Of a DNA stretch of 64,000 bases, positions 17,776 through 28,012 are shown one piece after another; the stretch's first letter is position 1; each line of letters starts with the position of its first letter. The notes beneath the pieces were generated by a model, which saw nothing but the letters and a program-made list of their open reading frames with translations, did not search any database and had not been told where the DNA came from. The stretch is from an uncultured Nitrososphaerota archaeon. Lineage in GTDB: Archaea > Thermoproteota > EX4484-205 > JAAOZO01. The position numbers were made by a program, and so were the translations under genes. Location: contig CAYOYV010000001.1 of assembly GCA_964408285.1 (NCBI GenBank), forward strand, positions 128,001-192,000, given 5' to 3'.

Positions 17776-18306
17776 TTGCTTGTGAGGAAAATAGGAAAGG
17801 GGTATGCCGGGGTCTCAGTTCTCCGCGGATTTCGAGAAGAATGGATCGATCTAATGATGCAAACGAGATCACGGTTTGCCAATGCCTACATTCAAGCGAT
17901 CACAATAGATCGCATCCTTGATGAGAACCACGTTTTCCTTTGCCTCTACAATGTCGTGAGCGCACATGAACACGGCTATGGGAAAATGAAGCGGATAGAC
18001 GCCGAGTTGCTATTGAACATTTCTGGTCTTAACCGATTCGAGGATGCCTTGGCGGAAACCAAACCAAGAGAGGGGAATCCGGCATTCATAGTCTCATATG
18101 CAGACGACCAGACGGCTGCTGTTGGGATTCTGAATTCATTCCTGAGTTCGGCTAGCTCTTGCCAGGAGTGTCCGAGAACGGATTGGGAAAAGCCAGGAAG
18201 CCTTGCAAAATCCAGCGGAATCAAACGAAAGGGAGGGCTCTCCAAGAAAGAGGCGCTAGACGTTCTCGCTGAGTCCTCTGCGATGTTCTATGTTCGGTAC
18301 AGATAG
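17776..18306 (+). CDS. KEOPS complex subunit Cgi121-like
   Basis: IQA...H...ELLLNISG...EDAL pattern. Confidence 0.65.
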   Translation: MLVRKIGKGYAGVSVLRGFREEWIDLMMQTRSRFANAYIQAITIDRILDENHVFLCLYNVVSAHEHGYGKMKRIDAELLLNISGLNRFEDALAETKPREGNPAFIVSYADDQTAAVGILNSFLSSASSCQECPRTDWEKPGSLAKSSGIKRKGGLSKKEALDVLAESSAMFYVRYR

Positions 18307-18795
18307 TGGCAATGCTGGGTCCATAAGGAAATAGTCTCCGAAGAAGAAAAATCCCACTAGAATATTCGGGTTATCCAGGTCCACATTGATGCGAATTCCT
18401 TCTAGGATCTTTGAGATCACGTCCTTTTCGAAATGGCCCGTAAGTCCTATACCTTGGATCGAGATGGCAATCTTTGCATCATCTGCGAGGACATTGAGGT
18501 CGGATCTCAGCTTCTCTATCATTTCCGGCAGCTCGTCGCTCTTTGCGATCATAGAGTAAGCCTTGGCTTTTTTCAGGTATCTGAAGGAATTCTTTCTGGC
18601 CATCATCTCGTCGATGAATCGCCGAACGTCAATACACATAGGGGAATGCAGGGTCAGCAACGCTCTTCCCTCTCCTATGATTCCGAACAGCTCGGCCTTG
18701 ACTGACCTTTCCGAGCAAGCTGCGAACACCTCAAGGAATGCGTCGATTTCGTAATCTCTGTTCGAGGAAACAAGCAGATAATAGTAGGCCGGCAA
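18256..18795 (-). CDS. THUMP-domain protein
   Basis: C-terminal VDLDNPNILV THUMP signature. Confidence 0.6.
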   Translation of the reverse strand: MPAYYYLLVSSNRDYEIDAFLEVFAACSERSVKAELFGIIGEGRALLTLHSPMCIDVRRFIDEMMARKNSFRYLKKAKAYSMIAKSDELPEMIEKLRSDLNVLADDAKIAISIQGIGLTGHFEKDVISKILEGIRINVDLDNPNILVGFFFFGDYFLMDPALPLSVPNIEHRRGLSENV

Positions 18796-18863
18796 CTAGC
18801 TATCATAGCCAGCGCCGTCTAAAAGCTTTTTATCTCTAGAGAGCTCTCGGCCACCGAGGAAGG

Positions 18864-19589
18864 TTGAGTACTATAGTAGTCAATGTACTTGATCTGTATA
18901 AGGATTATTTCCTAAGGGGAGGTGTCGTGCACGCACTCAGGGGCATCAATCTCAGCGTATCCAAGGGGGAATACATTTCGATAATGGGCCCAAGCGGATC
19001 TGGAAAGACAACCCTGTTCAATATGATTGGTGGGCTGGACAAGCCCACCAAAGGAGCAATCAGAATAGATGAGGATGATCTTTCCCTGATGGATAGCAGT
19101 CATCTCGCATATGTTAGGAGCAGGAAGATAGGATACATATTTCAGACATTCAACCTGATACCTGTTCTCTCCGCACTCGGAAATGTGACCCTTCCTATGG
19201 TGTTCACAGGTCTTAGCAAAGAGGAGAGGGAGAAAAGAGGAGCGGAACTTCTGAAGATGGTCGGTTTGGCAGACAGAATGGGCCATAGGCCTAGTGAACT
19301 GAGCGGAGGCCAACAGCAAAGGACCGCCATCGCTAGATCCTTGGCAAATGATCCCTCAATTATCTTGGCAGATGAGCCCACAGGTAATCTTGATCTTTCA
19401 ACTGGGTTGCAGATTGTCCAGCTCCTATATAGGTTGAAGGTAGAAAGGAACACGACCGTCATCTGTGCGACCCACGATCTGAAAATGGTGGACGTAAGTG
19501 ATAGACTCGCCTGGATCAGGGACGGGGAGATAGAAAGGATAGAGGAAAGGTCATCCGTAACTTTGACGGCCGAAGAGCTGACTACATAG
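18864..19589 (+). CDS. ABC transporter ATP-binding protein (LolD/MacB-like)
   Basis: GPSGSGKT, LSGGQQQR and LADEPTGNLD motifs. Confidence 0.92.
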   Translation: MSTIVVNVLDLYKDYFLRGGVVHALRGINLSVSKGEYISIMGPSGSGKTTLFNMIGGLDKPTKGAIRIDEDDLSLMDSSHLAYVRSRKIGYIFQTFNLIPVLSALGNVTLPMVFTGLSKEEREKRGAELLKMVGLADRMGHRPSELSGGQQQRTAIARSLANDPSIILADEPTGNLDLSTGLQIVQLLYRLKVERNTTVICATHDLKMVDVSDRLAWIRDGEIERIEERSSVTLTAEELTT

Positions 19590-19634
19590 CTACTTCAGAT
19601 TCCGAGACCGCTTTAGAGGACAGACTACAGTCTG

Positions 19635-21413
19635 GTGGGCGGCTTGAACAGGATTGCAGTAATCGACCGGGACTCATGCAGGGCAAAGGATTGCGGACAT
19701 CCTTGCAGAAAGAGCTGTCCGGTTGTCAGAACTGGCAATGAAGCGATTTACTTCCTCGATGACAATCAACCACCTGTAATAGACGAAAGGGTGTGCATAG
19801 GTTGTGGGATATGCGTGAAGAGGTGCCCCTTTGAGGCAATAGAAGTTGTCAATCTTCCAGAGGAATTGCAGATAGATGCATTTCATCGATACGCGGCCAA
19901 CGCATTCGAGCTATTCAGATTCCCCGAGATAAGACCGAACGAGATAACAGCGATAATAGGAGAGAACGCCACAGGAAAATCGACGATATTGAGGATACTC
20001 GCAGGTCAGATAAGGCCGAATTTGGGGAATCCCGATTCGAGCCCTGAAAAAGAGGACATACTAGATAGGCTGAGGGGTACGACAACATCCTCACTTCTGG
20101 GGAGGATCCTTGAGGGAAAGGAGAAAATCGTGTACAAGCCCCAATATGTTGATGAGATCCCGAATGTTGTCATGGGATCGGTATCAAACATCCTGCTCAG
20201 ATTCGGCAGCGAGGACCAAGTCGCAGATGTAATACGGTCTTTGGATCTCGGTGGAATAAGAGATCGGCAGGTAAAAATGCTGAGTGGAGGAGAACTGCAG
20301 AGATTCGCCATTGCGGCTGCATTGATGAGGGACGGAGATACGTTCATTATAGATGAGCCATCAAGCTATCTCGACGTAGCCCAAAGGATATCAGTGGCTA
20401 GAGTCCTTCGAGAACTGAAGGACAAAGGCAAGACGGTGGTCGTGGTCGAACACGATCTGGGTCTGCTCGACTATCTTTCAGACTACGTCTGCGTTCTGTA
20501 TGGGGAACCAGGTGTTTTCGGGATTGTCTCGAAACTGATGGCTTCGCGGATCGGGGTGAACTCGTACCTTGAGGGACGCCTGAAGGCAGACAACGTAAGG
20601 ATAAGGAGTCAACCGATAACCTTCTCAGTAAGGCCACCACCATCTGACAAAGAAGCGACTGAATCTCTCAGATGGCAGAATTCCAAGGTCTCGCTGGATG
20701 GATTCGAGCTTCGGATAGATGCTGGCAGTGTGTCCAGAGCCCAGGTCGTCGGAGTGGTGGGTTCGAATGGCATAGGCAAAAGCACATTCATAAGGAAGAT
20801 AATCACTGATTACTTCGGAGAGGACAATTCTGGCGTAAGCTACAAGCCCCAATATCTATCGGGCAAATTCAGCGGCTTGGTCTCCTCTGTTATCCATCAA
20901 GCTATCGGTGGGCCGGATATTCCCTCATGGATAGAAACTGAGCTGATCAGGCCATTGAGGCTTCACAAGATAATGGAGCGGGATGTGGAGACGTTAAGCG
21001 GGGGCGAGCTGCAGTCACTGGCTGTGGCCTCATGTCTCTCAAGAGATTCGCAATTTCTCTTCTTGGACGAACCTTGTTCGTATCTTGACATAGAACAGAG
21101 GATGTCGGCTCAAAGGGCAATAAGAAGAATCACAGAGGCAAGGGCGACCACAACATTTGTGGTTGAACACGACATCCTCTTCGTTGATTTCGTTTCCGAC
21201 AGACTCATCGTAGTAGATGGCGAGCCCGGGAAGAAGGGGCATGTACATCAGCCATCGAGCATGAGAAAGGGTATGAACCAAGTTCTCTCCGGACTTTCGA
21301 TAACCTTCAGGAGGGATGTTGACACAGTCAGGCCGAGGATAAACAAGCTTGGTTCGAGAGCTGACATCGAACAGAAGGCAGCCGGAGAGTACTACTACTC
21401 AGATAGCAGTTGA
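19635..21413 (+). CDS. rli: Ribosome recycling ATPase ABCE1/RLI
   Basis: N-terminal Fe-S domain (CIGCGICVKRCP) and two ABC domains with LSGGELQ. Confidence 0.95.
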   Translation: MGGLNRIAVIDRDSCRAKDCGHPCRKSCPVVRTGNEAIYFLDDNQPPVIDERVCIGCGICVKRCPFEAIEVVNLPEELQIDAFHRYAANAFELFRFPEIRPNEITAIIGENATGKSTILRILAGQIRPNLGNPDSSPEKEDILDRLRGTTTSSLLGRILEGKEKIVYKPQYVDEIPNVVMGSVSNILLRFGSEDQVADVIRSLDLGGIRDRQVKMLSGGELQRFAIAAALMRDGDTFIIDEPSSYLDVAQRISVARVLRELKDKGKTVVVVEHDLGLLDYLSDYVCVLYGEPGVFGIVSKLMASRIGVNSYLEGRLKADNVRIRSQPITFSVRPPPSDKEATESLRWQNSKVSLDGFELRIDAGSVSRAQVVGVVGSNGIGKSTFIRKIITDYFGEDNSGVSYKPQYLSGKFSGLVSSVIHQAIGGPDIPSWIETELIRPLRLHKIMERDVETLSGGELQSLAVASCLSRDSQFLFLDEPCSYLDIEQRMSAQRAIRRITEARATTTFVVEHDILFVDFVSDRLIVVDGEPGKKGHVHQPSSMRKGMNQVLSGLSITFRRDVDTVRPRINKLGSRADIEQKAAGEYYYSDSS

Positions 21414-21507
21414 TTCGACATATTGTGCCCTCCTCCACGACAATATCGGAATGCAGCCTACGCCGTTCAGAAAAATATTTGAACTCAGAATCCCAACGGA
21501 ATGCCGT

Positions 21508-22188
21508 ATGAAGACGCCGGTTATTGTCATCAATTTCAAGGCCTATTCCGAATCCTTGGGCATGCATGCGATCAGGTTGGCCAGAATGGCCGAGGACATA
21601 TCAAAGGAGACCGGGGTAAACTTCTGCGTTGCACCTCAATGGGTCGATCTCCGATCTGTGGCGAGCCAAGTGCAGATCCCAGTATTTGCGCAAGCAGTCG
21701 ATTCAGCCGTATCGGGATCGTTCACGGGATCAAACACAATTGAGGCGGCAAAGGATGCACTCGCCGATGGCATGCTGGTCAATCACTCCGAGAGAAGGAT
21801 CACCCTTTCTCTTATGAGCGAGATCGTATCGGCGGCGAAGACGTCAGGTCTCGTCTCCATCGTGTGCGCTGACACACCGGAGGCAACGGCTGCTGCGTGT
21901 GCGCTGAATCCGGATTTTGTGGCGATAGAGCCTCCCGAGCTGATAGGGACGGGGATACCAGTCTCAAAGGCAAAGCCGGAAGTAGTTACCAAAGCCATTG
22001 AGAAGGTGAAGTCATTGAACTCCCTGTCGAAGGTCATATGCGGAGCTGGGATCTCAACTGAAGAGGATGTCGCTGCGGCACTCAGGCTTGGAACCGTTGG
22101 TGTTCTTTTGGCAAGCGGTGTGGTGAGGGCAAAGGATCCTCAATCGGTTATGCTAAGAATGGCAATCGCTACCGGTGCCAAGGAGTAG
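21508..22188 (+). CDS. tpiA: Triosephosphate isomerase (archaeal type)
   Basis: INFKAY, NHSERR, IEPPELIGTG, GAGI and LLASG motifs. Confidence 0.95.
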   Translation: MKTPVIVINFKAYSESLGMHAIRLARMAEDISKETGVNFCVAPQWVDLRSVASQVQIPVFAQAVDSAVSGSFTGSNTIEAAKDALADGMLVNHSERRITLSLMSEIVSAAKTSGLVSIVCADTPEATAAACALNPDFVAIEPPELIGTGIPVSKAKPEVVTKAIEKVKSLNSLSKVICGAGISTEEDVAAALRLGTVGVLLASGVVRAKDPQSVMLRMAIATGAKE

Positions 22189-22227
22189 CCTCCTCAAGCT
22201 CCCATGCTGAATTGGTCTAGAAAATCA

Positions 22228-22267
22228 CGGGCCCGAGGGGATTTGAACGCCTGATCTTGGGCTTCGG
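22228..22267 (-). other. Orphan 3' half of a tRNA-Arg-like gene
   Basis: Minus strand reads CCG AA GCCCA AGATC AGGCG TTCAAAT CCCCT CGGGCCC G. No 5' half upstream. Confidence 0.7.
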
Positions 22268-22483
22268 TTACTTAGTGCGCACACACAGCTGACCATTGTG
22301 AACGATGTCACAAATGTATCCCAAATCATAACAGAAGCCTGATTCTCATTCTGTTCAACGGCTAGTTCGCCAGGAAAAGAGACCCTCGGGATCGAATCAT
22401 TGCTATCATTGGCTTTGCCAGATCGACTTGCCCTCAAAATGCGTGCCATAGATTGACGACTTGAACTACATGGCGAGAAAGCA

Positions 22484-22491
22484 TTTATAAT
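22484..22491 (+). promoter_or_regulatory. TATA box upstream of tRNA-Arg(CCG)
   Basis: TTTATAAT preceded by purine-rich GAGAAAG (BRE-like). Confidence 0.55.
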
Positions 22492-22533
22492 TGATGTGGT
22501 CGACGCTCTTTTCAGAAATTCTCTCAATAACGT

Positions 22534-22624
22534 GGGCCCGTGGTCTAGCAGGAGAAGACGCCGGCCTCCGGACAATCGCGAAGATAGCCGGACAGCCTGG
22601 GTTCGAATCCCAGCGGGCTCGCCA
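22534..22624 (+). tRNA. tRNA-Arg(CCG) with a 14-nt intron (22572-22585) and encoded CCA
   Basis: GGGCCCG/CGGGCTC acceptor, CCGGC/GCCGG anticodon stem, CTGGG TTCGAAT CCCAG. Confidence 0.92.
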
Positions 22625-23028
22625 TGTTCTACGATGCTGGTTGCATGGATTTCAGGGCGAAGTTTGAAGTAAGAGACATGGCTGATGATGAGTTACTGAG
22701 GGCGATCGAGAAAAGGTTCAGAGCGTACAGCGCGATAAGTCGCAAGCTTCTGGATTGGTGGGGCCCAAGATTCGTAAATTCCCTTGAGAGACAGGCGTTC
22801 ATCGATAAAGGCGTTCGTGTACCCGAGCTGATTGGTCGCTAACGAAGAAAAGGCCTCTTGGTCCTACATTGGCCTCCGACCAGTCGGAAACCGGAGTACG
22901 ATGCAAAGACAACGGCAGATGTCAGGGAGTATTTGGAAAACAACTGGGCTGAAGTCTTTGCTCCGGAAGGAAGACTGAAACTAGCGAACCGAGAAATAGT
23001 TCTGGTGAAGCCAAAGAGGAAGACATGA
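22624..23028 (+). pseudogene. Hypothetical protein interrupted by an in-frame TAA
   Basis: After TAA 22840-22842 the same frame reads RRKGLLVLHWPP...VKPKRKT to TGA 23026-23028. Confidence 0.55.
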
Positions 23029-23109
23029 ATAGCGTTCAACTTCAATAGGCGCGGTTCTTTCCGCTGAACTCGCCGATAGCCCACATCTCGGTGATCTACA
23101 AACGCATTA

Positions 23110-25026
23110 TCACATTCGCTCAAGTGGAGGCACCCCAAGAAGCTCTAGTACTGTCCCAAAGACCCAAGAGAATCCCTCAACCAGGGCAAGACGGCATGAT
23201 CTGAGCTCCTCAGTCTCCGCAGTGAGGACTGGACATCTCTCATAGAATATGTTGAATCTGTCTGCTAACGCCCTCGCATAGTGGGCAAGAACCTTAGGCT
23301 GCAGATCTCTTGCTGCAGCATCTACAAAGTAGGAGAGTTTCGAGAGCTGTGCTATAAGATCCCACTCTGGTTCAGACCATTGCAGATCCGTTTTCGTCTG
23401 TGTCCTTCGGAACGGCCGTGCCTTCTCCAATATTCCGTGGGCTCTTGCATAAGTGTATTGAAGACGCGACCCTGTGTCTCCTTCCAGATTCAGGGATTCC
23501 TCAACATCGAACACAACAAGGCTTTTCAGGTCCAGTTTCACCAGAGCGTACCTCAGGGATCCGATTGCGATCTCGTTGGCGATAGTCTCAAGCCATTCCT
23601 CCCTCGCATCAGGATTCCTTTTCTTGCTTTCGTCGCGCGCCCTTCTGCTCAATTCGTCTAGGATATCTTCAGCATTCACAACCAGGCCTTTTCTTCCAGA
23701 CATGTGGACGACCTTTCTTTGGAGGAATGCTTTCTCCCCGGTCAGCGAGGTGGCTGTCCTGCCTGATATGGCGACCACTTCATACAGATAAGGTAGATAC
23801 TTGCGTGCAGACTCCTCGCTGAGGAATCCAAGGGCGGCTCTCACGACCCTCTGAGGGTAGTCTTGCCTTGCGTCTACGATCGTAATGGCAAGTTCAGCCA
23901 TGGAATACTGCCTTTCCGATTTCCCTCCCCTCGAGCTATCTGTAGTCCAGAGAGTCTTGCCATTGGGCTGATCAATGAAGGTCCTGTACTTGAAATCCGT
24001 TCCCGGTCTGCCAACCTTCCACCAGGCATACGCGATATCCTTTCCCGGATACGTCGCCGTCGAATCAGAACGCATGATTACTTCATCCGGTTGCTCTAGG
24101 TGGGCGAATTCATCAATATCTGAGAGTCTCAACAGAAGTGCTCCGGCATTTCTTGGCTCCACTCCGATGTACGCCCTTCCTTTCTGCCTCAGCATCCCTA
24201 TGACTTGGTCAAGGAGCCCTGATCTCACAACATCGCTTTCCCAATTCAGCAAATCGAAAAAAGCGCCGAGTCTCCAGCAGGTTCGTAATTGATTGACCAT
24301 CACCTTTTCAGAGAAATCCCGGGCAAACGCTGAGACTTCGTTTCCTCCTCTTTCGATCTCGCTTATGATCTTGCTTCTCTTCTTCTTTAGATCTTCGTCA
24401 AGCTCTATCTTCGAGTGGATATGCGAGTAGACTCTTCCGGCGTAGTAATCGAATCTCTCTCCGCTTGATTCCAATGGATATCCGAGATGCAGGTGGGCGA
24501 CCAGATTGTCAGCGACTTGAGCGCCGCTGTCATCAATGTAATTAAGAACAATGGTTTCGTTCCCCACGAATCTGAGGATCCTCTGCAGGCAATCTCCAAG
24601 AATGGTATTCCTGATCGTGCCGATGTGGAGAGGCTTGTTCGGGTTTGAATTCGTGTGTTCAATGAGTATTCTCCTCGAAACTTCCATAGGTGGCTTTCCA
24701 TAGTTGCTCTTCCTTGTGTTTATCTCCTGAAGAACAAGTTCCGACCATTTTGCCTGGTCAAGCCTGAAATTGATGTATCCATCCTTCGCCTCAATCGATT
24801 TGAAGATGCCTTCTTCTGGCCTTTCGATGTTCGCCACGATGCGCTCCGCTAGCGTATCTGCATCTTCCCCAAGCATGTTTGCCATCTCATGAGCGATGGG
24901 TGAAGAAATGTCGCCGTACATTGGATCGGAGGACTCCCTAACGATTGGCTCGGCCCGCAACTGGCATTTGCTAAGGGAGTTCTGGAGTTGCTCTCTTGCA
25001 GATCTTGCGGCTTCTATAAAAGACAA
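23110..25026 (-). CDS. argS: Arginyl-tRNA synthetase
   Basis: EHTNSNPNKPLHIG, MSGRKG, LQYTYAR and C-terminal ERM. Confidence 0.95.
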   Translation of the reverse strand: MSFIEAARSAREQLQNSLSKCQLRAEPIVRESSDPMYGDISSPIAHEMANMLGEDADTLAERIVANIERPEEGIFKSIEAKDGYINFRLDQAKWSELVLQEINTRKSNYGKPPMEVSRRILIEHTNSNPNKPLHIGTIRNTILGDCLQRILRFVGNETIVLNYIDDSGAQVADNLVAHLHLGYPLESSGERFDYYAGRVYSHIHSKIELDEDLKKKRSKIISEIERGGNEVSAFARDFSEKVMVNQLRTCWRLGAFFDLLNWESDVVRSGLLDQVIGMLRQKGRAYIGVEPRNAGALLLRLSDIDEFAHLEQPDEVIMRSDSTATYPGKDIAYAWWKVGRPGTDFKYRTFIDQPNGKTLWTTDSSRGGKSERQYSMAELAITIVDARQDYPQRVVRAALGFLSEESARKYLPYLYEVVAISGRTATSLTGEKAFLQRKVVHMSGRKGLVVNAEDILDELSRRARDESKKRNPDAREEWLETIANEIAIGSLRYALVKLDLKSLVVFDVEESLNLEGDTGSRLQYTYARAHGILEKARPFRRTQTKTDLQWSEPEWDLIAQLSKLSYFVDAAARDLQPKVLAHYARALADRFNIFYERCPVLTAETEELRSCRLALVEGFSWVFGTVLELLGVPPLERM

Positions 25027-25081
25027 ATCCCCGATTGGGGTTACTGAAGAGGGGATTAAAGATTATGGCTATTTGCGAGCT

Positions 25082-25185
25082 AGGGAGTTCGCGATTGAGG
25101 GGGATTCCTCGATAAGGAATCAGGACCTCCTTGGGCCCAGGCAAGCCGGTCTTAGGGGGTGGCCTCTCAATTCCGAACTGTTTCT
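25082..25185 (+). ncRNA. Putative structured RNA (three-way junction)
   Basis: Nested helices AGTTCG/CGAACT, ATTGAGGGG/CCTCTCAAT, GATTCCT/AGGAATC and AGGACC/GGTCTT. G-U pairs favour the + strand. Confidence 0.4.
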
Positions 25186-25189
25186 CTGA

Positions 25190-28012
25190 CTACACTCTCC
25201 GTCTTCTGCCGGCGATGAATTTGCCTATCTCTAGCAAGCCGAATACTATAGCGGTGGATAGCATCGCATATGCCCAATCAATGGGCTCAGGTGAAGTGAC
25301 TCCGAATATTCCCTGGATCCCCGGGGTGTAGAGGACAAGCATTTGAAGGCCGAATGACGCAAGTATCGCGTACCATAGGAACCTGTTCTTGAACAGTCCT
25401 ACGTTGATGACTGGATATTGCAGCGATCTAGCCGAAATCGCGTTTGCCAATTCCATTAAGATCATCGCTGTAAGCAATTGCGTTCGTGCTTCGGTCAGTT
25501 GGGCTTTTCCTAGCCATGGCTGATACATGAAATAGCCAGAGAGCAAAAGAGCACTCATGATGAGGGGGACAATGGTCAAATAAAGCTTGACATCAGTTGT
25601 CCACACGCTTTCATTAGGGTCTCTAGGCTTCTTCTCCATCAGATCAGGATCCCCAGGGTCTACCCCTAGGGCCAACGCAGGCAAACCATCCGTGGTTAGG
25701 TTGACCCATAGAAGCTGTATTGCCGTGAGAGCTACAACTGAATCTGCCTCAATCTGATGTGTACCTGCCAAATACGGAACACCTAGCATCGCGACGAACA
25801 TCACGATGATTTCCGTGACGTTGCAGCGCAGTAGATAGGTCAGATATTTCTTGATGTTGCCGTATATTTCTCGGCCTTCCTTGACGGCCTTTACGATTGA
25901 AGCGAAGTTGTCATCGGTTAGAACCATGTCTGATGCTTCTTTGGCGACTTCTGTTCCTGTCACTCCCATAGCAACGCCTATGTCGGCTAGCTTGAGGGCT
26001 GGTGCGTCATTGACTCCATCACCTGTCATGGCAGCAACATGCCCTTTGGCTTTCCAAGCCTCAACGATTCTGACCTTGTGGTTCGGCGAAACCCTGGCGT
26101 AGATCGCGATCTTCTCAACCCTTTCGCCCAATTCTTCGTCGCTCATCTTGTCCAGTTCGGTTCCTGTAAGTACCATGCCTTCCGTTTCATTATCGCCTAG
26201 CAGGTTGAGTTCCCTAGCCACTGCGGCGGCCGTGAGTCTATGGTCGCCTGTGACCATCACAACCTTTATTCCGGCTTTCCTGCAGAGGTAAATGGCTTCC
26301 TTGACTTCTTCGCGTGGGGGATCGATCATTCCCACCATGCCCACGAAAATCATGTCTTTCTCGACTTCTTCGTCGAATGCTGCCATGGATTCCGGCAGTT
26401 CCCTAAACGCGAAACCCAAGTTCCTCAGCGCTTGCAGTGCCATTGCTTCGTTCACTCTCAGCAATTCCATTCTGTCTTCTTCGACCATTTCTCGGATCTC
26501 GCCATTTGAATAGAGCTTTGTGCATCTGTTGAGGACTATTTCAGGAGCGCCCTTCATGAAGGCTATTTTCTTTCTGCCTGAAACTAGATGAATCGTCGTC
26601 ATGCATTTCCTTTCCGATGAGAATGGTATCTCGCCTATTCTTGGCGCGTCCGCCTCTAATTCCTCCTTCCATAGTCCTGCCTTGGCTGCAGCAACGATTA
26701 GGGCTCCTTCAGTCGGATCGCCCTTGACTATCCATCGTTCGGTTTCGGTTTCCTTTTCGAGTTTTGCATCAGTGCACAAGGCAGCGACTCTCAGAAGTGT
26801 TCGAGGAGATCCATCCTTCTCGTCGATTTTCTTGCCTCCCAAGAAGAAATCTCCTTCAGGTTCGTAACCGACTCCTGAAATCCTGATTATTTGGCGATTG
26901 AAGTAGACTCTTTGAACGGTCATCTCACCTTTAGTCATTGTGCCTGTCTTGTCGGAGCATATGACGCTCGTGCACCCTAGGGTCTCAACAGCTGGGAGTC
27001 TCCTGACAATTGTGTTCACCTTGGCCATACGGTACATGCCAACGGAAAGCGCCCCTGTCACAATGGCAGGCAGGGCCTCTGGAACAGCTGCAACTGCCAA
27101 GCTTATTCCCCACATAACCATGCTGAGAATATTGCGCCCTTCGATGATCCCAATTACGGCCACAACTAGACAGACACCAATTGACAGCATGCCGATCCAT
27201 TTGCCAACAGATTCCATTCTCTTCTCGAGGGGGGTCTGTTCTTCTTCTGTGACCTGAACCATCCGAGCTATCTTGCCGAACTCGGTGTTCATTCCCGTAG
27301 AAATCGCGATCGCTTTTCCACGTCCGTAAACAACAACAGTTCCAGTGAAAAGCATGTTTTGCCTATCACTTAGGGCCGTTTCTTCTGGCACTGCAACTAT
27401 GTTCTTGCTAACTGGGGCGGATTCACCCGTCAAGGAAGCTTCATCTGTCTTCAGGTTGAATGCTTCGATGAGTCGGGCGTCAGCCGCAACTTTGTCGCCA
27501 GTGTATAGTAGCATGACATCGCCCGGGACGATCTCCCTTGTCTGAATCTTGACTTCTTTTCCGTCACGCAGAACCATCGCAGAGGGAGAGGTCATTTTTC
27601 TCAGGGCATCGATGGCTTTCTCGGATCGGTACTCCTCGACGAAACCCAGAACAGCACAAGCCAAGACTATGGCAAAGATTACAATTGCGCCATAGATCTC
27701 TTCTGTTGTTCCCTGATAGATAGCGCTGCCTATGGAAAGAAACATCGCAATCAATAGTATTATGATGAGTATGTTGGAGAATTGCTCAAGAAATATCCTT
27801 ACTGGTGATATCCCCTTTTCCTTCTGCAATTCGTTGGGTCCATATTGCTGAAGGCGCTTCAGAACCTCGCTCTGGGTTAGGCCAGCTTTCGTAGCATCCA
27901 GAGCCTCAAGGGTTGCTTGGATTTCCATTGCATGCCAAGCCCTTGCTGCAGTGCTCTCGCGATTCTCATTCGCCTTTTGTTCATCTCTCTCGGCAGATCG
28001 CGTCGTAGCCAT
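25190..28012 (-). CDS. Cation-transporting P-type ATPase (P-IIA, Ca2+/Mn2+-like)
   Basis: TGES, PEAL, DKTGT, KGAPE, TGD and GDGVND motifs. Confidence 0.95.
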   Translation of the reverse strand: MATTRSAERDEQKANENRESTAARAWHAMEIQATLEALDATKAGLTQSEVLKRLQQYGPNELQKEKGISPVRIFLEQFSNILIIILLIAMFLSIGSAIYQGTTEEIYGAIVIFAIVLACAVLGFVEEYRSEKAIDALRKMTSPSAMVLRDGKEVKIQTREIVPGDVMLLYTGDKVAADARLIEAFNLKTDEASLTGESAPVSKNIVAVPEETALSDRQNMLFTGTVVVYGRGKAIAISTGMNTEFGKIARMVQVTEEEQTPLEKRMESVGKWIGMLSIGVCLVVAVIGIIEGRNILSMVMWGISLAVAAVPEALPAIVTGALSVGMYRMAKVNTIVRRLPAVETLGCTSVICSDKTGTMTKGEMTVQRVYFNRQIIRISGVGYEPEGDFFLGGKKIDEKDGSPRTLLRVAALCTDAKLEKETETERWIVKGDPTEGALIVAAAKAGLWKEELEADAPRIGEIPFSSERKCMTTIHLVSGRKKIAFMKGAPEIVLNRCTKLYSNGEIREMVEEDRMELLRVNEAMALQALRNLGFAFRELPESMAAFDEEVEKDMIFVGMVGMIDPPREEVKEAIYLCRKAGIKVVMVTGDHRLTAAAVARELNLLGDNETEGMVLTGTELDKMSDEELGERVEKIAIYARVSPNHKVRIVEAWKAKGHVAAMTGDGVNDAPALKLADIGVAMGVTGTEVAKEASDMVLTDDNFASIVKAVKEGREIYGNIKKYLTYLLRCNVTEIIVMFVAMLGVPYLAGTHQIEADSVVALTAIQLLWVNLTTDGLPALALGVDPGDPDLMEKKPRDPNESVWTTDVKLYLTIVPLIMSALLLSGYFMYQPWLGKAQLTEARTQLLTAMILMELANAISARSLQYPVINVGLFKNRFLWYAILASFGLQMLVLYTPGIQGIFGVTSPEPIDWAYAMLSTAIVFGLLEIGKFIAGRRRRV

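Noticed and set aside
22225-22575. 116-aa ORF as an SSV-type integrase fragment
   Set aside because: No tyrosine-recombinase motifs; it overlaps tRNA sequences at both ends.
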